Part shown: one piece after another, positions 1-13,685 of the stretch
Position numbering within the stretch: the stretch's first letter is position 1
Layout of the letters: each line of letters begins with the position of its first letter
Source of the DNA: Tubiluchus corallicola
Lineage: Eukaryota > Animalia > Priapulida
DNA: 64,000 nucleotides
Assembly: GCA_030141605.1 (NCBI GenBank)
Contig: JAQGDQ010000769.1
Span: forward strand, 1 to 64,000
Reading direction: 5' to 3'
The notes under the pieces: model-generated
The model's input: the letters and a program-made list of their open reading frames with translations, nothing else
The model's database searches: none
What the model was told of the DNA's origin: nothing
Program-made: the position numbers and the translations under genes

Positions 1-59
1 GGATCTCCTGATTTTTTTCCGGTTTGACGCTCTTTATGTATAAATTTTTCATTTTCATG

Positions 60-560
60 AAATCAGGGTGTTTCATTTGTTTAACTACATAGCGTGCATG
101 TCAATTTTTTGCAGTCTGCATTATGATCAAGTAATCTCTTTCACTAAAGACATCAGGCAGAATTTTTCATTCTATAACACTATGCATGCTGTCACATTCC
201 ACTTGGGTGTGGCCAGCAACCAAAAATTTTTGAGAAATGGTCACGTTATATTTTCTTGCTAGAGCAGAGTACGCATTGGCAACACAAGCATTCCTATTTT
301 GGTCACCACATTCATCATTCCAAACCACAATTTATCACAGGATTACTGGATAACATGACCTGTCCAAAATGGGTGTGCTGCAGGTATGCCAATATCTCAC
401 TGCTCAAGTCGCCTTCTGTTTCATATGAGACATAGCAATATCCATCTTTTGACTGTAGATTGAAAAGGGAGTACTTGTGTAATTGAAGTTTGGTTTTATA
501 GAACACCATTGAAACCTTCGTGTTCTGGCCAGTTTCATTCATCTAATTCTAGAGGATTAA
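60..560 (-). mobile_element. Degenerate DDE DNA-transposase remnant (Sola-like)
   Basis: Broken minus-strand frames read FYKTKLQLHKYSLFNLQSKDGYCYVSYETEGDLSSEI, ECGDQNRN and QKFLVAGHTQVECDSMHSVIE, resembling Sola-type transposase motifs. Superfamily assigned from motif recall only; boundaries approximate. Confidence 0.5.
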
Positions 561-933
561 CATTTTATTGGTAGCACACTGAGTGTTTAACTTGTAGAGG
601 AAATACATGATATAATTAGCCAGACTCTGTAGTTTCATTTCTCTCTAGTGATTCTCAGAGGTGTGCAAAAACTCATGCATTCAAATCCAGAGCCAGAGCT
701 GTACTGAATATTGCACAATGCTATAGTAATGCCATAATAAAATAATGTCAGCAAGCGCCCATCGTGTTTTACTCCTAAATGCAAATGGGCTTTCGGGCTT
801 GCTGGAGTTTATAGGTAATTTTGCAGACGTGGGACGTTCTGTAATTGTAACACAGCAAGATAAGATGACATACTAAAAAGTAAGAAGGCAACAAGACGCA
901 TGCATAATTTTCTACAGTGGTGCAGATCCACTT

Positions 934-2019
934 TTAATTATTGATTTTCTGGATAATTCTTAAAATTTCTTCTCTCCGCCCACGGCGCGTATTTTTCACT
1001 ACATCAAAAACGTTCCAGTTTGCTGTAAGATGCATCAGTCTTTCATTTCCATAATATCTACCCGCATTCCAAGCAATATAGTTTTCGCCGTTATGTGTAT
1101 CTACATGCAAAAAGAAAAATCCATCATTTTTAACTAAACACCAAGCCTGCGCCATTGCTTCAAGATCACCACTTGGATTCAAAGCATCTCCATATCGTCC
1201 AAGTCCACTGTGTTCTATTGATGAATAACTAATCCCAAAATCGAACAATGGCTTCCCTTTTTCCAGATATTTTTGTGCCAGCTTTTGAGGTGAAATTGTG
1301 GTAATCCTGGGATGTGTTGACATTGGGTCGTTGTAGTCTACTGTTGTTACATGTGATGCATTGAAGTTCAGCAAAAGAGCTTCAATCCAGGGGTGTATTG
1401 TTCCAATAACAAAACCAACTTTTCTTTCAATTACCTCTTTGTACAAGCTCAATGCTTTTACAACAGTGCCGGTTGCAAAAAGACCATAAGGCGAAATATT
1501 TTTCCCTTCCAAAACTCTATTTTGCAATTTCGAAATAAATGAAGTGTTAAAGAGATTCTTTTTAGATTCAGGTAAGACCTCTGCAAAATACCAATTTCGT
1601 ATTGGCATCTTACCATACATTGTAAATTCACCCAGCAGTTCTGGGGGTGGTTCTCGTGGAGGAGGCCACTCATCTGACGGGGTTTCTAAGAGCAGTCTTT
1701 TCATAGTCGCTTGGCAGTCATAATGTTTATGTAGCACTGGATAGTCTAGACCCACTGTTCGCCGGAAGTGTTCTGTGTTGATATCACAGGGGTCTCCACA
1801 AGGTGGAATATCATCTTTATTTGAATAGTTTAAAGAAAGTCTCTTGAAAGAATATTCCGTAACAGTTTCCTCTTCATTAACAGTAGTAATGTACATCATC
1901 TTGTATGTTCCCATAATAGTGCAAAACACAAAGATTGGGGCAAACAAAAGATTTCTTGTTCCTCTCCAGTAACACCTGCAACACAAAGCATAAAGATGAC
2001 GTATGGATAAATAAAACAT
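934..2019 (-). CDS. DUF268-family putative SAM-dependent methyltransferase, predicted type II membrane protein
   Basis: Uninterrupted ORF with first ATG at 2019 (the ORF-track start at 2043 is GTG). Hydrophobic anchor NLLFAPIFVFCTIMG. Family motifs GFVIGTIHPWIEALLL..ASHVTTVDY and FDFGISYSSIEHSGLGRYGDALNPSGDLEAMAQAWCLVK.DG. Confidence 0.88.
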   Translation of the reverse strand: MFYLSIRHLYALCCRCYWRGTRNLLFAPIFVFCTIMGTYKMMYITTVNEEETVTEYSFKRLSLNYSNKDDIPPCGDPCDINTEHFRRTVGLDYPVLHKHYDCQATMKRLLLETPSDEWPPPREPPPELLGEFTMYGKMPIRNWYFAEVLPESKKNLFNTSFISKLQNRVLEGKNISPYGLFATGTVVKALSLYKEVIERKVGFVIGTIHPWIEALLLNFNASHVTTVDYNDPMSTHPRITTISPQKLAQKYLEKGKPLFDFGISYSSIEHSGLGRYGDALNPSGDLEAMAQAWCLVKNDGFFFLHVDTHNGENYIAWNAGRYYGNERLMHLTANWNVFDVVKNTRRGRREEILRIIQKINN

Positions 2020-5000
2020 ATGTTCACTGTTCAGTTTTCTCACAATCTGAATAACCTGCCTTTCAACAATTTTTGTAATGCTCTTTCGTTATTTCTGGGA
2101 GGTCAGGCTTGCCCTAAGTGCATTAATATTAAATTAGGCACACCCCTAATTGACTGACCTCTGTTTGACCTAGGAAATCGTTCCTCATCTCCTTGACTAA
2201 TTAGCGAGAGCTAACTTGTTAACATGCATATTAATTAACTTTCTATTGCTTTAGGAGGGCTTTTATCTATTCCACTATTTTTTCTGTATTTTTTCATGCA
2301 GATTGTTTATGCTGGTTGAGTAAAACGCGTGGTTATACCCGTACTTTTTGTTTTGTTTTGAACCGAGTTAGAAGTTTGTCAGGGTACAGATTGTTTACAA
2401 CTTAACACAAACGTAACCAATTCAAAGCTGTTTCAATATTTCTTTTTTATGTACATTTTCATGTTTTACAAGCAAATGTTTTTGCAGTTTAGTCAGTTCT
2501 TGAGCGACCACGCGCTCATTTCCTGGCAATGTTTCCTTATATTTTCGCCCATAGAGTTGAACTAATTTTATTGTTGTACGATTTTAGGGTGTGTTTGCTG
2601 TTATCTATACATACAGTAATAGATTTAGTTCCGTTTCCTGTCTGACAATTTGACATTATTTCATCTGTCAGACTAGTTGCCAAAGCGCGTTTTATACTAA
2701 TAAATATTTTCTTACAGGCGTAAGTTTCTACACGCTGTACTGTGACTTAACAAGCTGTTATTTACATTGTCCCCTCATAAAAGATTTGCAATTTTCAGTG
2801 TTAAAAATTATTTTGCAGCAGTTAAATTTTTGATATTTACATTACATATTTCAGTTCTGTTTGCTTTTTGATGCTTGTGTTTTTATTACTCATTTAAGTA
2901 GATTTCTTATATAACGCCTGAGACACTTCAAACCAAAGCTGAGATGCGTATAAACGAGAAGAATGCACAATTGGGTTAACAGCCCGAGGGAGTGGGAGCT
3001 TGGATTGCAGAGAGTGCGGTGTTGCCGAATAAACTGCGAGGCGATCTTCAAAGAAGACAGTATCTTTAGCTCAGCGTAGTAAGAATTCTACGTAGTTTGT
3101 GATATAACAAACCTCTGATGCTGAGAGTCTCGTTCAGGAGTTGGGATCTGGCCAATTACGATTGTTAGGTTGGCCAGGCCACAAGTTAAGTGGTTTTACT
3201 GTTATTCTCTGTTTGTGTTACTACTGATATTGCGTGTAATAACTTACTAACTTTGGCACCATAAGTGCAAACATTGCAACTTGTAACGTATTTGATGATC
3301 AGGATTTCTTCGGAATTAACTGCTTAATTGTGAGCGCCCACCAGCGCGTAAGTAAAGCTTTGTAAAGTATTATATAACACTGATCTAAATTGTAAACTTG
3401 GTTATAATAAAACTTTCATCATTTAAATTAAATATCGAGTTGTTTAATGTTCAAAGAGTTACTGAAGACTCACAATCATCAAGACACTAAATCCTTGAAC
3501 GAACTTGGTATATTCACACTGAAAGGTTTATTGCAGGAGCCAGCTTGATAACTCGAGAGACAATGATCTATACTCACAACGCAATATCTCGTGGTTTCAG
3601 TTGTGTGGGAAATTATCATAGCCCTATCAACTGAACCTAAGCTCTCGGAGTTGGGCAATTGATCTGATGCAAAATCAATTGTCTTTAAGCATTCAAGAGT
3701 GTGAATGAGTCATTCGATTAATTGAATAATTAATCAAGGTTGTTTGTGGAAAAAGACAAGCGACAGTTGTGAACCAAAAATTTTACAACACTTTTACTTA
3801 CATCAAAAACATGTTATTTTAGTGTCTTCCACCTAATTCTAACATAAACACGAAAACTGGAAAAGTTAAATAAAACCAAATAAATTAGCCCAGCTGAACT
3901 ATTTAACTATACTACTGTAAGTTCAGACAGTCAAACTCAAGCAAGAAAATCCTATTTTTTAATTTGCAGTCTCTGAAATATGTTGTGGCAGTACGTTAAG
4001 TCCTGATTTAGCACGACACATTTTACAAGAAGTTTCTCTTTGAGCAGACAGCACGATTTTCATTAATTTATAATGGGTTGAGCTGTTCATGCGGCATCCC
4101 GGTGCTCTGAGCCAATGGTGACACTTTTCACTTTTCTATGTCTTTTTTGGGTTGGGGATACTTATTAGTCGAACTCCTCCTAATCTTTCTGGATAGCGAA
4201 CATCCACATTACAAGTGCCCCAAGCACAACTCTTCACCATTCTTCACTACTATTAACGAATTTTAGCTGCACAAGTTTTTTTATGGCAAGAAAAAAGCAA
4301 AAATAATCACGAACACACGCTTAGCTGTATATTTCGTAAGTGCTTTAAGTGCAAATGTGAGTAAAGCCTCCCAGGCACCAACAATCGAAGAACAGCGCTA
4401 AATAGAAGAACCTCATTGGTCATTGCGAGATGGACAATCGCTGGTTGATTGACGTTCTGCGATCTATGTATTTTGGTTCTTCCAGACACTGGATAGTGGG
4501 GGAAATAAGTTAACAGTTATGGATGTACGTTGCCACCACGGAAACAATAGACAAGGAGGGTTCTAAAGTCTACACTCCAGGCTAATTGAGAACTGCGTCC
4601 TAGACTACGACTTCGTATATGGTAAGTCTGTGAGGAAAGCGGTGAGGAAGCATGGGGGCGTTCTTGTTACTAAGTGCAGGTAACCCGGCAGTTTCATCCG
4701 TAAAGCCTAAAGCGAAGGTTAAAGTTAACACACCACAAGTTGTTACAAGGAAATGTATTTCTGTTTCAGTAATGTATGTGTTTCAGTAACGCTAATGATC
4801 ATTTTTTTCGACCAATATCCGATTGCTAAGGCGATTTCAGATAGAACCGTCAGATAATCTAGCCGCTGCTTCGGTTCCGTCGTTTGTCTACTGTTTGCAC
4901 ATCTAGTTTCTACAAATCCACCAGGAGTAGTGCATACTGCATATCGAATAAACATCATCGTGGTACCTGTCCTGAGTAGTTACCATATGGTCCATTGCAT

Positions 5001-7337
5001 ATGACCCCTATGTATAACAGGTCAGAGAAAGTTATGATGTAGACCACGCAAATAGGGAAGTATGAAGTTTGTCGTGGTTGGTTTCTTTTCATATCACTAC
5101 TTGGTTTTATTTTAGGCGAAACCATTCCCATTTTGATGAAGAGAGGCCACTGTACACTATGCTTTGCAAAACTTGTCTGCTGTGTTTGGAACCTGGGTTG
5201 TCTAGTGATGGGGGGTTATATCACGACCCTTTTTCTCGATAGATTGATCGTATAGTTTTATCTAGCCGTATCGAGTGATCATGAATTGAATCTATAGATT
5301 GTATAGATTTTATTTTGATTAATTTAGATTTTATAGATTTGCTTCCCGTTCGCTATAAGGTGATTCTGTCACCTGACTCCGAGAGCTTTAGTTAAGTCTA
5401 TCAGGCAATGATACTGTCCTTCAAGACTGTCACTTTGACCTTGCGTTGTGAGTGGAGGTCTTCTTCCCTCAAGTTATCGAGCGTAGCTCCCGCAATTGAG
5501 CTTTCGTTAGTACAATGCGAATCTCTCAAGTTCGTATCTAGGATTTAGTGTTGCTTTACTTTGAACGCTCTTAATCATACAAGAACTCGTTATCTAAATT
5601 ACCACAGTGAATTGAATTTATTTAATTACAGATACACGTTATCTACTCTGGTTTACTTTACAAGATTTGTCCTTATACGCTGGTGGGTGCTTACAATTAG
5701 TGTATAGCTCCAGAGAAGATACTCATTCACTTTAATTGACAACGATTCAGCATGCTGCACTTATGGTGCTTAATACAATGTGAAACTACAGTTATGCAGA
5801 GTTACTCTCAGATACAAATATGTTAAGTACACTTAACTTGCGGATGTACCCTTACACTTGGTCAACTCCAGATAGCTTAAAGAGACTTTCGTTGATCCAG
5901 TGCCCAGTCTATGGCTGAGAACGCAGACTCCTCTACGCTGGTGTCAAACGATGTTCCTCTCTTCTAGAAGGCTGTCTTGGACACACTACAGTGGCAATCT
6001 CTGTCAGACTCTCTCACGTCACTCCTTGTGCATGTCTGCTCCTCGTGCATGTGTGTGTGCGCAACTCACGTCACCCCTCGTGTGTGTGTGTCGCTCTAGT
6101 CTAAAACTAGAGTTTATATCTCGGAGAGCTGACCTTGCAAAAGATTGCACCATATGGCAACATCCAACGACACTTGTGGCAGATGGTACCACCCGTCATG
6201 AGATTTCTGATTTTACAATCAGCAAGGTGTTCCCTTGAATTCTTTCGCTCTTTGAGATCTTCCTACAGTCGTCGGCAAATCTTCAGATTTCTCTCTCTAA
6301 TGTCGCTGATAGAGACCTTGGCTGCTATTATAAAGTCACTTCTACGCCATCTAAATCGCTATAGAACCTCTCTTAATTAACTTTAACTCTGCATGTAGCT
6401 ATTCAAGACAATAGTGTCTCTCTTAGAGAAGACACCTGTATTCCTACAATTTCCTATACAAGACACCTGCATTTCTCTAACATGTGCAATAATTTGTGCC
6501 GCATTAAATCCGTACTTATCAGCTGGATGAGTTTCTGTCAACCGTATAAATTTATCTTATGAAAATCAGGGAGGCGTGAGATTTATCAACTGAATCTAAT
6601 TCAGCTGATAACTCCATTAATTTTACTACCAAAATACCGATTTATAAACTTATTCACAACAGTTATATACTCTTCATGATGGCTCAAATTATATGGTAGC
6701 AGATACACTACGCAACATAGCTGAGTTGACATAGCCATAAGAGATGCATGTTTAGACTAAACTTTCTTCATAAAAATAGAATAGAATTGAAGCTGAATGG
6801 TATGGGTGTGTTGAATCTGATCAGTTGAATTTCTCTGCGCCAGGCACTTTTACAGTAGTACTGTGATTTGTTTTGGTGCAAAAAAAGCAGCTGTTGCTCG
6901 CTTTTTCTTGAAAAAAAATCATTTTTAATTTGTGTAAAGTAACCAAAGGTGTCTTATGTATAATTTAATATAAATGTCTATTATGTGGGAAGCGAAATAG
7001 TATGTCAAACATAATGTAATCGCTGTTTAATTAGACCAACTTTTCAGGAACCTATTTTAAAGAAAGCAAAACTATATACGGTCCTGAAGTTAAACAAAGT
7101 TACATGACAGCCGTTTTTCTTTCATTTTGCCCATAATTGCATCGTTAGGCGCCAAGCTCATTAACTTTTTCTGAAGACACAACACCAAGTTACGGGTATT
7201 TTAACAAAATCTTAAACATAGAGGAAGGTGGGGTAAAGGCGGACAGTGAGTAATGGCGGGCAGGGGATAGTCTCTGCTAATTGTCAATGTTATGTGCACA
7301 AGTTTTGGCATGCAAACGAAAAAAGTACAAGGCTTAA

Positions 7338-8020
7338 CACTAGAAGGACCGGAAAAGTTCGCTGCCCAAAAGGTACTTTACTGCCAGTCAAATTTGTTTG
7401 AAATTCAATGATAAATCAGAAAATTAATTGAATCCATATAATATTGAAGCAATTTATATAGTACAAGTGTAATGACTCTCTTATAGTGGCGTTCACATTT
7501 ACTAATGTGAAGTCAGCGCACTGTGATGTAAATACTTTGTGATGTTATGGACCAGACGGTATAGTCTGTGTAGTGGTAACGCGTCTGAAATGTCGTGAGA
7601 TCGATATTCGGTAGGATATTACAAAAGGCTTTTTAATGGCACCTGCTTTTGCCCTGCGTGGTATTTAGGACAAAAGTGGAGTAATAATAAATCTCTGTTA
7701 TGTAGCTGTAGAATAGTTATTTGCAGTATGCAAAAAGATCTTTGAGCTTACGTTAACTATTCATCTAAACGGCCTACTTTATAAGATCATAATTTGCAAG
7801 GTGCAGTATATATTGGCGTTATTTGACTCGGATCGTCCTTCTAGGAAGTAGCTTATTTTTATCAATGTCAAAGTTACATCACAATCCTAAATTCACTGCA
7901 AATCTAGTTAGCACGAATATAGGAAAAGTAATAAAAAGTGGGAATTATCCTACAGAAATTAGAGAAATATAGACAAAAAAAATAAAAATACACCAGTTGA
8001 GGCACCAGGTCCTTCTAGTG
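7338..8020. mobile_element. Non-autonomous piggyBac-like element (MITE) with TTAA target-site duplication
   Basis: Perfect 13-bp TIRs CACTAGAAGGACC (7338-7350) and GGTCCTTCTAGTG (8008-8020), each flanked by TTAA (7334-7337, 8021-8024). No coding capacity. Confidence 0.85.
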
Positions 8021-8792
8021 TTAAGTATAGTAAGTTTAAAGTTTGAGGTTTTTGTGGTAATGCTTATATAGATAACAAACTTTTTAATCTAATAATAAAC
8101 TAATAATCTAATTAGAAAGCCTGTAATGCCTGTTAAACAGTTACTCTTTCTGAATTTCTATTGCTCGAATATGCTCAAACATAACTTGTTTGAGAAATCT
8201 CAGAAAAATTAAATTCTAATATAGGCCTTTTGTCATCCGCCTATGACGAGTAACAGCACCTTTCTAGAATCGCACAGGCGTGTGAGTAAAATAAGCAATC
8301 TCATTTTATTGTAATACTTAATGTGCCTACCATTGGCTTGGGGCAACTTGCAAAGACAGAAGTAATTTAAAATAAGTAAATTTATTATTTTGAAGTTTTC
8401 AGAGGTTAGATATATAGCTGGAAATAATTCCTTGAAACCATATTATCTTACGCAGCAAATCTGCATTTTAATGTACGTAGACACATATGTATCATTAAAA
8501 TGTGAATTACAGTTGTTAACTAGGATCAATATAGAATGTAAATGCCCATTGTAAAGTCTTATCTTTCTACTTTCATGCTGTAGTATCTTACTATTAATTT
8601 CTATGTGAACATGTACGCATAATGAGTGCTGTGGTTCGCTTGTAATGAACTGAAGTTAAGTTTTGAATTGAAAAATTTTGAACAGAAATTATTTAAAATA
8701 TTATACTAATAATTATAGTGTTTCCTACATAATGTTCAATTAATTTATGATTTGTGAAAAAACTCATATAATTCGTAATAACGTTTAAACGT

Positions 8793-8839
8793 ATACATAC
8801 ACACACACACACACACATATATAAATATATATATATATA
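8793..8839. repeat. (CA)n/(TA)n microsatellite
   Basis: Read directly from the sequence. Confidence 0.9.
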
Positions 8840-10019
8840 GGCTTCAAATTCTATATTTAAATTTTAAACTGTTCTGCACCTCGCCGCTTATTGCCGGTCG
8901 CGTAGATTGCAAAACTAAACGAAAAATAACGTTCGATCAACATGCAGATACTATGTATTGACTTTTCGTTTGATGGTATGATTACGTTAATTAATAATAA
9001 TAATTAAGTGATTTCACTACCTGCCCAATCGTCTAAGCATTCTCATTTTGGCTTCAGTCCACTTCAATATCTTGTACAATCAGTTGTGTAACCAAATCAT
9101 GTCATATTTCATGAGTTTATTACTAACTATAGTTTTGAATTCAAGTCCATCGATGCAAGTTTTCTGCAAACTTGAGTTTAAAAATTATTGACAGATCTCA
9201 GCAACGCGGAGTGTGCAGAGCGCTTTCGAGTGTCGAGTGTTTTATTATCACTACTGTAACAAACTTTTATTAAACGAGACTCACTATGTGCAAGCTGGGA
9301 CCGAATACACTAAAATTCTTACGAACGATTTTCTTGGTAAGTTTGTGCGTACGAACTTTTTGGCGCTACGCACGGATTCAATCTTCGTAAAAATCTTCTT
9401 AATTTCTTTGTGACTTCACGCAAGGATTAAAGCTTACATAAGTGTAATTTAGGACGTCATCGCTGCTTAAATAGCTATGGCTGGTGTTTTCGAAGAATCT
9501 AAAAGGCTTGTTTTTGAATCACAAAAACTTTTATTATAAACAACATTGCAGAAAAGCTAAAAAGACCTGGCGATTTTTTCGCTTCCACAATGTAGACTAA
9601 ATACGTGTTCCATTCCAATTGGCTGACGTACTAAATGTATATAACAAAACCAAACAATCCTAAAAAAGTACCGCCTTAGATTTATGGGCAAGTAGAGAAA
9701 AATTTTCCGAATATTTCCCCCTCTTTGATAAGTTTTAGCAAAACATATCAAAAAAATCTAATAATCTAGAGAAAATTAACAATGTTAGAAGTTTTACTAA
9801 ACCGTTACTTTTCCGTCGTTCAATAGACATAGCAGTGAAAGCTATATTTTGAGATTTGGCAATTAAAAGTTGTTCTAACATTTATGAATTAAAATATTGA
9901 AGTCTGTTCTAGGTCGTTTACGTTTAGCTACCATAAACAAAATTGTTGCAAATTTAGCAACCAAATAGCTGAATAAAAAAATTTTACGAAAACAAATTAA
10001 AAATCACAGTGATAATTCT

Positions 10020-10720
10020 TCCTTTCCATAGTCCAAGATTCTGCAGCGTTTGTAGAAACTTCACTTTTGATTGTCGGTTATTCCCCCTCAGAGAACTCCA
10101 GAGTTTGGTGATTGGTCGTGTAAGTTCACTATTGCGACCCAAAGGCCACTGTCCTCTAGGTGTATCTGGAGATATCACAAGCACGATGTCGTTTACTTGA
10201 ATGCCTCTCTGCACGCGATTCCATTTACTGCGTCTGTTGAGTCCTGGAAGCCACTCTCGCATCCATCTTTTGCAATAGTGGCGTATTAGTTCCTGGACAC
10301 GCCTCCAACGCTTTCTAGGATGAAAGTCTGTATTATCTGCTGATTCGGGCGCGAATTGTCCACCAACTTGCCCGTCAAGGGAATGTCATCTTTCTTCCTT
10401 TTGAATCTTCTCTTCGTCAAATTTTTGATATTGCGCGATAGGCTTTACCAGGATGATGACAAATTATTAAATTTTAGGCAGAATAATACGATGGGGTGCA
10501 TCATACGATAAGTATTCTGCATGAATGAGACGCCCTTCGCTGCAAATAATCCATTACCCTATTTGCCTTGTTGTAGCTCAATGTCAACTCAACTGTGGTA
10601 TCCTTCCATGGTAGCCAGACCTCATAATGTCAATCAGTCATTTTTGTGGGTTCCTGTACTCTTGATAAAGCGTTCTCTGCATCAGTATCCAGAATGCGAT
10701 AACTTGGCGTCGTGCCAATT
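10020..10720 (-). mobile_element. BEL/Pao LTR retrotransposon integrase-region fragment
   Basis: Minus strand reads RWMREWLPGLNRRSKW...VNDIVLVISPDTPRGQWPLGR, the DUF5641-like C-terminus of Pao integrases. Internally deleted, with stops. Confidence 0.8.
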
Positions 10721-11559
10721 AAACAAATTTATATATATATATTTCTCGAAGTTAAATTTAGTTTAGTGTGTTTAGTGTATAAAATCGCCCCTAAATTCTC
10801 TTGCATTTCTTCTAAATAATGAAGTTTCCTTTAAATACAGTCTTATAATAGAGCCTTGAATGTTAACTAAATTTGCCTTTAGAATAGGTCTGTATGTAGG
10901 CCATAAAAATATGCATTGCATGAAACAATAGTTTATATAAGGCCGCTCTACATGAGCAACGAGGACGACTCTCTTAGCTTACACCTGGTTATTAAGTCCC
11001 TCTATATAGGCCTATAGTGCTAAATTATAATTAAAGCTATTTTGCACCTAAATTGATTTTATATTGTGCCTTATAAGGTGGTTCTTGTGATTTGGTGCAT
11101 TGTGCTACTTCTTATGATAATTATGCTATCCAAATAATTGGTAATATGTAAGTAAACGTTTATGAAACTAACACCTTTGACTCGCGAAATTTGTAATGTC
11201 AGAACCAAACTTCAGGTCCTGAAAGTTCTTGTCAGTGCATTGAAAGTTACTGAAATGAAGTAATTATTTATTTTGTTGTGGCCATTTTAAACAAATCTTG
11301 TCTGTTTTTTATTGTTGGCTTGTGAACTTTTAAAATAGGAAGTGCGAATAACTAAAGAATATAGTTAAACGTTCAAAGACGTGAGACACAAGAAATACAT
11401 AACCAGGTTTACTTCAAAAATGGCTAATCGTATTCCCTATCTCAACAGAAATCATAAACATATTTCTGACAGGTTCAGTCCTGTTACAATTAAATTACCA
11501 GGTTAAACTACCATAGGTTTCTCACTTGAGCTTTGTTAATCGAAAAATCCCATACATAA

Positions 11560-12110
11560 AAAGAAATTTTCGATACCAACTGTACCAATCTACCATAATT
11601 GTTGCAGAATCTCGTTCATCCGAGTGGAGTAAATCTAGCTATTGGCTCCCCTGGCTTTCCACGAACATCTCTGTACGAATAATGTAAATCGCCATAATCG
11701 CTGCCAATCAACATGTCTACGATGAGGCGACGTCCTAGTTTTCGAAATTCAATAGCTTTCAAATGGTCCCACTTGTGACTGCATTCATTTCAGTTTATTA
11801 CATTCAAATTTCCGGGGACCCTTGCAGCCGTTAATGCGCTGAATTTCATGTCCAGCTGGCCTTTGACACTCTGTAGATTAAATGTTACAGGTCTTGTTTC
11901 GAAAACTTTTGTTTGCCCATTTAAAACACTGATGTTAATCAGCTGAGTCTCACCCTGAAGTCCTAACTCTGCTGCTACATCCGAGATGATGTATGATCTT
12001 GTGCTGGCATCATCTAATTTCTATTTTTGACGATTATTGGTATAGTTCGCAACTTAATTTCTTCAACAATCTTTGGATTTCCGGATGACATTGTCATAGC
12101 CGAATTTTGC
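11560..12110 (-). mobile_element. BEL/Pao LTR retrotransposon aspartic-protease-region fragment
   Basis: Minus strand reads LDDASTRSYIISDVAAELGLQGETQLINISVLNG...VDMLIGSDYGDL...GKPGEPIARFTPLG, with in-frame stops. Confidence 0.8.
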
Positions 12111-12406
12111 CTCTCAAGTGGCATGGTCGATGTGCTACTGCGATGCGATGAATCATCTTCAGCTCAAGATTTCATTGATTGAGATGTAGAATGTGACATA
12201 ATCACAGCACGGACAATGAACACGTTTAACATGTAGCAGCATACTAACATGGCAAACTAAACGTGCACGGAGATTAAAGTGCATTTTAATTAAATGGATG
12301 AGCATATAAATGTGTAACGATAACGTGAAGTGAGTTTTGGCAGTGAAATTTGTGATGATTAGCAGCAAGAGAAGTAAGTTATTGTTTACTCTTTCCGAAC
12401 ATTATT

Positions 12407-13685
12407 GTGCAAAACGGCGCAATTTTTAAATCTATACAGTGCTTCGAAGTGGAAATGAAAAGAATTACTCGTTCTACAAGACTTGCAAGTGGAATGCATG
12501 AGGAAAACGTCAGTCAGGTTATGCATAAATTCGGCGATGTCATTGAAATTTTACACGAGAAAAACGACAAGACATTTAAAATACAGGGGGGGGGATGTAT
12601 TGCTAAATTTAGTCAACAAAAGTTTGAACGTGATACAAGACAGTGAGCCTGAAGCCAGCTGCGAGTTAGTTGCAAGTGACAGAATGCAACGCACAATCTA
12701 AAAACTTTGATATCAAAAAATTGGTCAGAATCAGCGTTCTTCCAACGGGCACGGTAACTATTTCTGGAAGTGGATACTTAATGTGGAGTAAAAAATATTT
12801 GCTCGGCCTTATAGGCAATACATTATGCGGTAACGAGTGCATAACTCCTATACCGTACTTGGACAATTCAGAATATGAAACTCCTGTCAAACAGACTTAT
12901 ACGCCCTCAGAAGCGATTGTGGAAGAATCAGACTCCCATAGTTCGCACGACGAAACAGTAGTGAATCAGCCGTCCACATCTCTTCAACTTTCAGCTAACC
13001 AGCCGAATAATAAGGCCGACCTTGATTCATGCCAGGACTGTGGTGTGCCCAACCGCCGTGACAAGAAAACCGGTAGTAGCCAATGCTTAAACATGAACGG
13101 AAGCATTATCATAACACAACCTGACTCTGTCGATTTAGAGTCTTCCTTGAATAACTTGAAAGGTCAAGTAAAGAAGCCAGTGAACAGTGTGGAAAGCGCT
13201 CAGACATCGTTAACAGAGACAATTGCTCAAATGAGTAATCAGATTGCAAAGCTATAGTCCAGTTTTAGTGACCAGTTTTGCGATTTAAAAAAGGAAGCAA
13301 AGAAAGTTAAAAAACTTATTGTAACACCGGAAAAGTTAAAAAAGAAGGTTCATGAGCAGGAAATTGTAACCAGAGAGATGGAGAATTTTCATCAGACTTC
13401 GCCGTGAAGTCGGATGTCGTTAGGCAGGTTGCTTTCAAAGATGCGCAAGTAAGATGGTATAAAGACCAAGCACACACTTACTTCGGAAAATATTGCCTGC
13501 GAATTCAGGAAAGAACTGCTTTCATCGAGTCACTGAAGAAGCAGCTCAGTGAAAGTAAGCAACAAAAAAGCAGCAAGATATATCTAGATGCGGAATCAAC
13601 CATTAAGGGAACTAAAATGGAGAATGACGTCACTAACCAAAGCAGTGCTTCAACATCTATGTTACTCCAAGTTATGAAATGGTAG
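12407..13685 (+). mobile_element. Probable degenerate LINE ORF1-like (coiled-coil) remnant
   Basis: Consecutive broken + ORFs (12407-12646, 12670-13257, 13404-13685). The VRISVLPTGTVTISGSGYLMW motif followed by a low-complexity linker and heptad-rich segment resembles ORF1 of invertebrate CR1/L2-group LINEs. Confidence 0.4.

Noticed and set aside
5447-6448. Solo-LTR-like segments (also ~2909-3462 and ~13685-14790)
   Set aside because: Composition, poly(A) signals and TGT..ACA-like ends are suggestive, but I found no TSD, PBS or second copy, so boundaries are unsupported.
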